A stretch of DNA of 64,000 bases from Macrostomum lignano (Eukaryota). The stretch spans positions 1 to 64,000 of the forward strand of contig NIVC01002065.1 of assembly GCA_002269645.1 (NCBI GenBank). The letters are read 5' to 3'. Shown in pieces: positions 1-10,849 of the stretch. The notes under the pieces were generated by a model that did no database searches, was not told the origin of the DNA, and saw only the letters and a list, made by a program, of their open reading frames with translations. Each line of letters starts with the position of its first letter. Within the stretch, counting starts at the first letter, position 1. Both the position numbers and the translations under genes were made by a program.

Positions 1-281
1 CACCTGAAGCCTGGTATTCCATTATCAGACACCTGAAGCCCTGGTAATCCATTATCAGACACCTGAAGCCCTGGTGTTCCATTATCAGACACCTGAAGCC
101 CTGGTATTCCATTATCAGACACCTGAAGCCCTGGTTTTTCATTATCAGACACCTGAAGCCCTGGTATTCCATTATCAGACACCTGAAGCCCTGGTAATCC
201 ATTATCAGACACCTGAAGCCCTGGTGTTCCATTATCAGACACCTGAAGCCCTGGTATTCCATTATCAAACACCTGAAGCCC
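1..281. repeat. 30-bp tandem minisatellite (CACCTGAAGCCCTGGTATTCCATTATCAGA)n, truncated by window start
   Basis: About 9 near-identical units read directly; ORF 74..346 is its translation. Confidence 0.95.
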
Positions 282-941
282 AGTTGGTATTTACCTTTTT
301 TGGTTGTCCATATTTATTTTCAGTTTTGCAATATAAAGATTTCTAAGCTCTAACAAAACGTTTAACTGCTAATTATATATAGCTAAGAGTTTATCTTTGT
401 CTGTCTATCAAAACAACTATTTGCATGTATAGTTAAGTTGTTAAGTTTCAATGGCATTGAAGGCTTTGGAACCCGCGATGACTGGTATTTTGTTGCGCAA
501 TACGGGCTACATGTATGTTTCAGAACGCGAGTAACTTTAATCTACACTAGAGTACATAGAGAAAATGAGAAATAGTTTAAAAAACAACACAAAACAATAT
601 TTTCAAAATGACTAGCGTGACTCAGCTCTGAAAGGGAGTTTAAGCTAATTGGAAAGAATTGGCGAGGCCCAATTACAAGTTTTTGTATTCCGGCTTAACT
701 TACACCGACTGAATCTCGGCTGGTCAACTCTGGCGGGGAATAGGTTTGGGGTTTCTCTACCCCGTAACTTTCTACCCCCGCCCCTCGCCAGCCCACCCAC
801 CCCACTCCACTCTCCACTCTCGCTCAGGCGGCGGGCGGGCTAGAGAGCGGCGCAAGGGGTGTGTTGGCTTCATTGTTGAGGCCTTTGGCTTAAGGGAATT
901 TACAGCGGCCCCCTTCTAATGACACCTAAGGTGGGGTTGAC

Positions 942-952
942 TATATATATAA
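942..952 (+). promoter_or_regulatory. TATA-like box upstream of the CTLD-Ig gene
   Basis: TATATATATAA about 110 bp upstream of ATG 1062, with GC-box-like sequence (GGCGGCGGGCGGGC) near 827-840. Confidence 0.45.
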
Positions 953-1061
953 CGAGCCCTGTAGCCACTCTCCACGTAGACATAATTTTCTTGTGTTAAT
1001 TGCAACCGTACCCGTTCAGTCTCGCATTTCTAATCGATATTCCAAGCAGCAGTTATTAACC

Positions 1062-3046
1062 ATGCGACTCTGCCTGCTAGTGCTGGCTGCTTTTGCAGCC
1101 TCCGTTTGCGCCGACTCCGGCCAGCTAGTCATGACCTGCCGGGATGGCTGGACCCTGTTCCACACCAACTACGAGGCCTCTTGCCTGAAGCTGATGTCCG
1201 AGCCCATGCTCTTCGACGACTCTTACAAGGCCTGCCAGGCCGACAAGGCCAGACTGCTGAGCTTCGCCCACCGAATGGACAAGGTGTACTTCATCAACGA
1301 TCTGATCGTGAAGAGCAACCAGCACGATACTGACTCTACCTCGCTGTGGTTCTTCGACCCGACCTTCATGCACCGGTCGCTGCCGAGGGCCAGGGGCCAC
1401 GGCAAGCACCAGCGCACCGAGAAAGAGGAGAAGCCGGACGAGGCCCCCAAGCCGCAGTTCTGGATGGTGATCAACCCGAACAAGGACCACAGCAAGATCG
1501 AGCTGGAGGCCAACAAGACCAACATCCCACGCAACTTCATCTGCGAGGCCCCGGCCCATCCGGCTGCCCAGCGGCCTCAGTTCCAGATTGAGCCCGAGCA
1601 CCTGTTCATCACTGAGGCCCTGATCAAGCCGGCCACCGAGGAGACAACCAAGAAAGCCGACAAAGAGGCCCGGCCCTTCATCGTCACCTTCAACTGCTTG
1701 GCCTACGGCATGCCCAAGCCAACCGTGGAGTGGCGTCTGGTCAAGAAGGTCGCTAACGAGTCTCTGATCACTGAGCTGATCGACGCCAAGATCACCACCA
1801 ACCCGCACGAGCCGCTGAAGGATCACTCCACCACCAGCACCTCGTTCTTCAACCTGCAGCGCGACTGCAAGGCCCACCACCCATGCCCGCCGGACAGCAT
1901 CGAGGAGCGCAGCCAGCTGGTGATCGTCAACCCGCAGTTCATGGACCTGACCAAGGCCGTCGTCTGCCTGGCCAAGAACGAGTTCGGCTCCGTCATCAGC
2001 CGAGAGGCCCAGTTCTTCGTCACCAAGATGGGCGAGTTCGCCAAGAAGGAGGACGAGGTCACCGTCAAGGCCGGCATGAGCGCCATCGTGTCCAACGCCA
2101 TCACCACCGAGCCGGACGCCGCTGCCGCAGAGTGTTACATCGTTGAGAAGCCAGAGCGGGCCCGCCCCGCCCGAGGCTCATCCCTCTGGAGCAGCTCAAC
2201 CAGATGCTGCACGGCGCCATCCAGATGAGCAAGGCCACCTTCGACCTCATCATCGACTCTGCCGGGCCCAAGGTTAACGAAGAGTTTCTCTGCCGAGCCC
2301 GCCTGCACAACGGCCGCATGGGTCACGTGACTCGCGAGAAGACCATCGCCCTGACCGTGGAGCCCTGCATCAAGGAACAGGGCTGCGACCTGGAGGCCAA
2401 GCCAGTCTCCGTGGTCGAGGGCTACCCGGCCGTGCTGTCCATGAACCCGCTCAGCAACCGCATCATCCGCTTCGGCGACGACTTCCTGCTAGAGTGCCCG
2501 TGCACTGGCAAGCGCCGGCCGGACGAGGAGCTGACTGTGGAGTGGAACCTGAACAACAAGACCGACATGCCGGTTGTCGAGGTCCCGGTGCTGCCCCGCT
2601 TCTCCGCCATGCTGGTGCGCGACGCCAAGCCAGAGGAGCACAGCGGCACCTACTTCTGCCAGTGCATCCGCGGCCAAGAGAAGTCTGACTGGCGCTCCAT
2701 CGATGTCCAGGTGCTGCCGCTGCTGGAGCCGGCCGACCACCGAGAGATCATCACCGTCAAGGCTGGCCAGAAGGCGAGCTTCGGCTGCCGCGTCAATGCC
2801 GAGCTGGCCGGCCTGGGCGTCTTCGTTGAGCCGATGCGCGACGCTGAGACCCTGGCCGACTTCCTGGCTCGCACCGACGACAAGCGCATCGAGATCATGC
2901 GCGGCAGCGCCAACCACTACACCGTCGGCATCGACGACGTCAAGGAATCCGACGCTGGCGTCTACGGCTGCCGGGTCACCGTTAACTTCTTCGAAAAGTG
3001 GATCACCCACGACACCTTCTACAGCACCCTGATTGTTGAGAAGTAG
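1062..3046 (+). CDS. Intronless secreted protein: signal peptide + C-type lectin-like domain + about 4 Ig-like domains (resembles the N-terminal half of invertebrate contactin); one frameshift at about 2147-2200
   Basis: ATG 1062 encodes MRLCLLVLAAFAASVCA (signal peptide). CTLD motifs CRDGW..F...CLK and ICE. Ig motifs TFNCLAYGMPKPTVEW, LECPC...LTVEW, SGTYFCQC, DAGVYGCRV. ORFs 993..2228 and 2204..3046 join if one base is restored in the GGGCCCGCCCCGCCC tract. AATAAA at 3154. Confidence 0.75.
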
Positions 3047-3153
3047 TTTGAATGTCTTGACTGGTTGAAAATGGACACTTCGCAATGCTCGGTTGATGCA
3101 TACAATTTTTGTTATTGCTTTCGTAGTGCCGGTTTATTATCTTCAAAAAAACA

Positions 3154-3159
3154 AATAAA
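3154..3159 (+). terminator. Polyadenylation signal AATAAA of the CTLD-Ig gene
   Basis: Canonical hexamer about 110 nt after TAG 3046, followed by U-rich sequence. Confidence 0.55.
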
Positions 3160-3331
3160 AATCAAACTTATTTAAAAATCGAAGTTTTTCCGTCTTTTAT
3201 AGTTGGACTATAATTTAATTTTAAAAATCTAGAAGTAGCTAATGCTAATGACTCGTAAGTAGACTAAATATTCGAATAATGCAAGGTTAATATGAAGCGA
3301 GAATTGAAGTTAATGGCTTAATGGACATGTA

Positions 3332-4012
3332 CCTTTTCAAGCTGGACTTTGGCAGCCCATAGAAAAAGCATACGCCTGCCAGCAACATGTCTATGGTCAA
3401 CTGTGGTAGAATCGGTTAAAGCGTGCATTCAACTTTGGCAAAAGTGAGCGAATTTTGGCAACACAATAAACTGAACGAAAAACGGTAACAAACTGACTAG
3501 GAAACAAGATTTAAGCACAAAGCACGATACTGTCTGATTGCCTGATTGACTGATTGCCTGCACCGACACGCCAGGTGCGCCTGGAAGTTCGGCTTCCATC
3601 TTCTCCTTCATCTCCCTCAATGTTATGGCGGGCTTCTCTTCAACAAACCGAGTCACAGCATTTAACATTGGTGGTGTAAATTTTGGCCTCACGGCTCCTC
3701 CTCGTTGCTTCAGCGCAACGCGATCTTCGGTGACAAACCTGTGGATAATTGTGTCGGCCGTGGTTCTCTTTATGTCCAGGTCCTTCGCCAGTCGTCTCTA
3801 GTCTCTTCCTTCCTGGTAGCTGCACACCAGCCGTTCTCGATCCTGCAGCGATATACGCGCGTTCGGCATCTTGTTCGGTTGAGTTGCCAAAATTCGCTCA
3901 CTTTTGCCAAAGTTGAATGCACGCTTTAACCGATTCTACCACAGTTGACCATAGACATGTTGCTGGCAGGCGTATGCTTTTTCTATGGGCTGCCAAAGTC
4001 CAGCTTGAAAGG
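3332..4012 (-). mobile_element. Internally deleted Tc1/mariner DNA transposon (681 bp), 130-bp TIRs, TA target-site duplication
   Basis: 3332-3462 is the reverse complement of 3883-4012 (one indel); TA at 3330-31 and 4013-14. The minus strand from ATG 3869 encodes MPNARISLQDRERLVCSYQEGRD*RRLAKDLDIKRTTADTIIHRF...RGG..RPK...EEKPAITLREM, a paired-like bipartite HTH transposase N-terminus with a premature TAG and no DDE domain. Confidence 0.9.
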
Positions 4013-4960
4013 TATATTATTAGCTGCGTTGATTGAATTGTCTATGGCCAAAACGGGACGTTCAGTTCAGTTCAGCCATTAAGCAGAGACTGGGACTTCT
4101 GCGATATAAATTTTACCATAGAAAGAATCGTAGTGTGTTGAGTAGCCGAAAACTGTGCACTTTCTCACCACTAAGCTCTTTCAGCTATCAGCCAGCCCCC
4201 ACATTTTTCTTACTAAAGCAGAGTCCCTTCTCTCTATGGTAAATCGCAGAAGTCCCTGTTACCATGAAGTGACGTTTCGATCAATTTCCTGCACTCGTAA
4301 CTAATGTATAGTGTTCTATGTACGAAGATGGCTTAGCTACTACTTTTGGAAGTATAGTGCCCATGCTGGTACTTGTGCAACAAGGGGCAAACTGAAGTTA
4401 TTAAGTGATTTCAGCACCAGAAATATTAGTCGTTCACGGTAATGATTACACAATTATTATTTGTAGAATTCAGACGATTTAGCTTTTGTAGCAAACTAGA
4501 ACTTGACCTGGGTATCTGTCTAGGAATCGGCCATTATTCGAAAATCCTTGGAGCTGTATCAAGCATGCATTCAGTTTGCAAAACTAGTGTATTGTATTGT
4601 ACTAGCATTGCCTATTTCTTCAAGGTCCAGCGAGTCGTCAAATATCTGTGGATCGGTGGAGTCACAACCATAACGCACCTGTGAGTGGCCAAAAACACAC
4701 ACTTGAGTTCAAACACGAAATTTGAACCGCATGCCCACACGTACGCAAATTCTTAAGAATCGGAGATCTAAGATATAAAGAATGCTGAGCTCTCTACTAT
4801 ATAATACTGTTTATATTGTTACTGACAATATTCAGTTCTTAACATGTACTGGGAAACCGACAGACGCATCGGTGCAGTTTATTTAAAGACAATCACGCGT
4901 CGCAGATCGTAAGGAGCTGCCCTGGCAGTTGTTATTCCATTAAATCAAATTTGAAGAATT

Positions 4961-7187
4961 ATGCCTGCTTTTCCTAGTGTCTGCGTGTGCGCCGCCCTGC
5001 TACTTACTATAAGTAGTGCGAACGCGTTCAAGTTCTCCAGGTGCGGTAAGTTATTCTATGAAAATTTATTGTCCTAACTTTAAGGTCATCATATAAAAAT
5101 TATTGACTGCAGTACATTGTACCATAGACATTTATGCCGTGAATTTGCACACAACCAGTGCGACAATCAGATTGGGGTCGGAATAGGAGTTGTAACCATA
5201 GACTATTTTATTCTTGAACTAAAATATTATAAGCACATGCGACCTGCAAAGCCTCTCTTTCCGGCCCTTGACTTCACAATAGCGATGCGGACTGCTAAAT
5301 GATTGTTACTCTTCTCAACTTTTTTTCTCCTTTCTCTCCCCTCCACTCTCCTCCCTCCCCTCCTCTCCGATCTTCTCTCTCCTCTCTCCTTTCTCAGGCC
5401 CGCGGTCATGCGCTAGATTCTATATCCGACTGCAGGGCCGTTTTAAGTACAGTGTTGCAGGTTAAGCTATATAGAATTCTACTATTCATTAGCAGCTTCT
5501 CGCTTGTAACTCCCCTTTTTTCTCCATTTTTGCATATAACATGCCAGCTGTTTACCAACGTATAATCGATAGGAATAGCACAGTTTATTTTTGTTTGAAT
5601 TGAGTATGGATTCCAGCTTTCATCATGATTAATCTGTCACAGGTGGCAACGATGACATCAACGTGCAGGCCATCAGCCTGGAGCCGAGCGTCATCACCCT
5701 GCCTGGCCGCATCACACTGGGATTCGCTGGTAAAATCCAGCGTCCTTTTGATAATATCGACATGAAAATTGAACTGGTGCGCAAGACGTGGCTGGGCAAC
5801 GTTCGAATTCCCTGCATCTTTAATATTGGATCCTGGTGAGCGACTAGAGATGCTGGTGGGTGACTAGAGATGCTGGTGAGTGACTAGAGATGCTGGTGAG
5901 TGACTAGAGCTGCAGGTGAGTGACTAGAGCTGCAGGTGAGTGACTAGAGCTGCAGGTGAGTGACAAGAGCTGCAGGTGAGTGACTAGAGCAGCTGGTGAG
6001 TGACTAGAGCTGCAGGTGAGTGACTAGAGCAGCTGGTGAGTGACTAGAGCTTCTAGTGAGTGACTAGAGCAGCTGGTGAGTGACTAGAGCTGCAGGTGAG
6101 TAACTAGAGCAGCTGGTGAGTGACTAGAGCTGCAGGTGAGTGACTTGAGCTGCAGGTGAGTGACTAGAGCAGCTGGTGAGTGACTAGAGCAGCTGGTGAG
6201 TGACTAGAGCTGCAGGTGAGTGACTAGAGCAGCTGGTGAGTGACTAGAGCTGCAGATGAGTGAAGCGCAGAATTCCCAAGCAGAGCCGCCGAACCCGCAG
6301 CTCCTACCCGGATCTGTGCAACCTGCTGGACCGCATGGAACGCGAGGACTGGGTCGGCATCTCCGCCCGGATCGCGGCCGAAATTCGCCAGCTCATCGCC
6401 AGCGTGGACTCCGAGGGCATGCGGGCCTGCCCGTACCAGCCGGCCGAACTGGAGATCGCTGACAGGTCCCTGGACCTGCCGGGCATTCCTTCCCTGCTGG
6501 CCGCTATCGCTAACGTGAGATATGAAAGCTACAGTAGAAATGGAATGTGCTGTGCAGCCTACTGCAAGTAGCGAAATTGGAATTTAATATATCTCTAAGT
6601 AATGACAGACCGGCGACTCGGAAAGTGCAGATAATTATGGAAGATGACAGATAATGGGTTCATAGGCTGTTGGCTTTAGCTAGTTCGTTTGCTAGCGAAG
6701 CAAGTTAAGCAGAGTTGGCTGCGGTTAGTATGTTTAGGCGCTTAGGCAGATGCTATAGGTGATGGATTAGGTAGGTATGCTATAGGTGATGGATTAGGTA
6801 TATGCTATAGGTGATGGATTAGGCAGGTATGCTATAGGTGATGGATTAGGCAGGTATGCTATAGGTGATGGATTAGGTAGATATGCTATAGGTGATGGAT
6901 TAGGTATATGCTATAGGTGATGGATTAGGTAGATATGCTATAGGTGATGGATTAGGTAGATATGCTATAGGTGATGGATTAGGTAGATATGCTATAGGTG
7001 ATAGATTAGGCAGGTATTAGAAGCTAGGCAGTTCATGTAATTCAATAATCCAGCAAAGCAGCCAAAAGTACAACCTGCCCACAACTGGCAGGGTGACTAC
7101 AAGATCCGTGTGGAGCTGAGCAACAGCCGAAGCGGCTCTCTGATGTCCTGCTTCGAGATGGAGATGACCTTGAAGAAGGGTGACTGA
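4961..7187 (+). CDS. GM2A: GM2 ganglioside activator-like / ML-domain secreted lipid-binding protein, 195 aa, 4 exons
   Basis: Exons 4961-5045, 5643-5835, 6301-6514, 7092-7187; all GT-AG with phases 1,2,0 consistent, total 588 nt. Signal peptide MPAFPSVCVCAALLLTISSANA; family motifs ISLEPSVITLPG, RIPCIFNIGSCSYPDLC, GDYKIRVEL...CFE. AATAAA at 7308. Confidence 0.88.
5234..5420 (+). mobile_element. Partial copy of the hAT-like element also present at 55678-56385, with a short CT-rich core
   Basis: Shares CACATGCG.CC...AAGCCTCTCT.TCCGG...ACTTCACA and GGCCCGC.GTCATGCGCTAGATTC with 55707-56347. Confidence 0.5.
5836..6260. repeat. 20-bp tandem array (GTGAGTGACTAGAGCTGCAG)n starting exactly at the GM2A intron-2 donor
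   Basis: About 21 units, each beginning GTGAG. Confidence 0.95.
6753..7010. repeat. 23-27-bp tandem array (GCTATAGGTGATGGATTAGGTAGATAT)n in GM2A intron 3
   Basis: About 10 units read directly. Confidence 0.9.
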
Positions 7188-7464
7188 TCTGATGCCAGTC
7201 GGTGCCGGAAATTCAGCTGCTCATTTATGTTACGTTCTACTTCTAGTAGCTCGTAGGAACATAAGAAAAGGCCCGTAATTGCATGTACTGACGGCAGTTT
7301 TTAAACAAATAAACAGTTCGTGGTTGTCTCCTGGTGATGGCATGAAGCAATCCTTCAAACTCGCATGCACATCTTTTGACTTTGATATGGCAGTCTGCTT
7401 TAAGACTGTTGAAATCCCTTTCTTCTCAAACTAGCCTGTCCGTCAACGCCGTCGGGTTCTCGTC

Positions 7465-8048
7465 CTGATCGATCCCGCGATTATCATTCTCGCCCTTACC
7501 AATCTCGCCATGATCAATCTCGCCATGATCAATCTTGCCCTCATTAATCTCGCCCTTACCAACCTCGCCAAAATCAATTTCGCCCTTATCAATCTCGCTC
7601 TTATCAATCTCACCTTTATCATTCGCGCCATGATCAATCTCGCCCTTGTCAATCTCAATCTCTTATCAATCTCACCATCAACCTCACCATAATCAATCTC
7701 GCCCTTATCAACCTCGCCATAATCAATTCGCCCTTATCAATCTCGCCCTTATTAACCTCGCCCTTATCAACCTTGCCATAATCAATTTGCCCTTATCAAT
7801 CTCGCCCTTATCAACCTCGCCCTTATCAACCTTGCCATAATCAATTTGCCCTTATCAATCTCGCCCTTATCAATCTCGCCCTTATCAACATTGCCATAAT
7901 CAATTTACCCTTATCAATCTCGCCCTTATCAATCTCGCCCTTATCAACCTTGCCATAATCAATTTGCCCTTATCAATCTCGCCCTTATCAATCACTATCT
8001 CTTATCAATCTCTATCCATAATCAATCTCATCCTTATCAATCTCGCCC
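7465..8048. repeat. Degenerate 15-bp tandem array (ATCAATCTCGCCCTT)n
   Basis: Read directly; explains ORFs 7443, 7510 and 7646. Confidence 0.9.
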
Positions 8049-9379
8049 TGATGACACCACCACTACATGAATAAAAGACAGTGAGAAAATGGTTAAGCAT
8101 AGCGTTCTACCCTGTCTGTCAAACTCTCTCCACCAGATAAACAAAAAGCAATTAAAGCGAGCGGGTTTTACAACACCTACAAAAATCAATCAACCAGCTA
8201 ACTCCATTTTATTATCAACTATTTAAACATGGACAACTAGGACTTTGGGCGGAATCCTAGCCTGGGGTTTCTATCCAGATGTCTAACTGTAAGCGTCCAT
8301 GGCTTATTAAAGGTGAGGACGCTATATAAAAATAATTGCTGGCCAAGTCAGTCATTTTATTATTTCACTAATACTGGCAGACTGCCACACCGACCTCACA
8401 CAGCTCAATGGCAGCTCTAATTTCCGGAGTTAGGGTCAAGGAAGGGAAAGTCTAAACTGCATAGTAAGGGATGGAGAGAGTAGGGAGTGAGATACACACT
8501 ATTTTCACTTGGTCGCTGCTGAGTATCTAGAAGTTATTACGTAATCGTTGGCGAGTCAGTAATCAGCCGCAGCAACAAACCCTAATCAGTGAGGATGAGT
8601 GTGCGGACGGCCACTCTGCACTGCAAGTATTTTCAATTGCATGTAGCAGGCGGGCTCTGATAGACAGACATCCCACCGGCACCCCCCTCCCCTGGTGATC
8701 TCTCCGACTTCTCAAGCTCTCGGTCTGCTGCATGCACGCTCTGCCACGCGTCTGGCTCTTGCGTCACGATCCCTGGTTCGATTCCACATTCACTTGGGGC
8801 TTGTGGCCAGGGGGCTGTCGTGCGATTTACACCTGTGAGAGCCAACACCCACCCCAAATGGCGCAGAGAATGTACATGCCTGACGATTAGAAAGTCAGGA
8901 CCGCTGTGCACCCTGTGTGAACGTGTGTTTGAGTTCGTGGAGTCAGCGGAATTCCGCGGATTGAAGCGGAGATCGTGTCATTGTTAAGGACGGCAATATT
9001 GTGGATAATAAAAAGGGTTTGAGGCTTTTGGAGAAAGATAGTGAGAAGGAGGGCTCTGTGTAATTATAGATTTCGCGATAGGGAGGTCAGCACGGAGACC
9101 GCATGCGGCAATCCGACAGACAGGGTGGGATGCAGTGAGAGACTGGGCAGCAGGCTTCAGTGCTGATTGGCTGCTGCTGGGCGGTTGAGTGACGGGTGCA
9201 GGGGGGATTTTATTCCCTAGCAGTCACTGAGCCGGGTAGAAAATTGTATGAAGTTTCAGCATGCCAGCGAGACCACGGCACTGAGCCCATTGTCCGGACT
9301 GCGGCACTGACACTGAAACACAGCACTGCTCTGGCTCTGTAGGCCTCTGCACTTCTGTTGCGGACACTGGGTGAGCTGC

Positions 9380-10467
<1,088 letters not shown>

Positions 10468-10849
10468 TATGATCTGACATAAACAGAAACTGTGTCCTAG
10501 CACATGCTATGCCAGGTGAAATAAGGTGAAGTTGTACATTTTAAGACAAATGCTAGGTTCATGGCTACACGCTAGGGACAGGAGGGAGAGAGGATCAAAC
10601 AGCCCCTACCCACTCGCTTCAGTCTATTTAACAATCTTAAGCCGAAGTCAAACGCAAAGTGTAGCAACTTGATATCTCTGTTTGAGCACAATTGTATCAA
10701 TATGACTTTTCCCCGAAAATTGTCGTCCGAGGCTACAGTTGGTGAGTTGGCAGACACTGGCCCAGGTGTGCAGCCGGAATCAATGCGTGCTCGATGCCCA
10801 TGCCCCCCTGACCCCTGAGTCAGGCGCTCCGCTGCTCTCAAGTTTCAGG

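Noticed and set aside
2147-2200. Programmed ribosomal frameshift in the CTLD-Ig gene (and at 12241)
   Set aside because: No X-XXY-YYZ slippery heptamer; both shifts lie in G/C homopolymer runs typical of sequencing deletions.
1062-3046. Bacterial HGT or contamination for the intronless high-GC gene
   Set aside because: Metazoan CTLD/Ig architecture with a TATA box and AATAAA, in continuous animal context.
1106-3085. Overlapping and antisense ORFs over GC-rich exons (also around 31000, 43700, 48700, 54000 and 62600)
   Set aside because: Shadow ORFs expected from high GC3 codon bias in the real genes.
8775-8785. Perfect Pol III B-box (GGTTCGATTCC) as a tRNA gene
   Set aside because: No convincing A-box or cloverleaf around it.
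8633-8990. GC-rich segment with short Cys-containing readings (CTLCERVF)
   Set aside because: No frame gives a recognisable domain or consistent splice sites.
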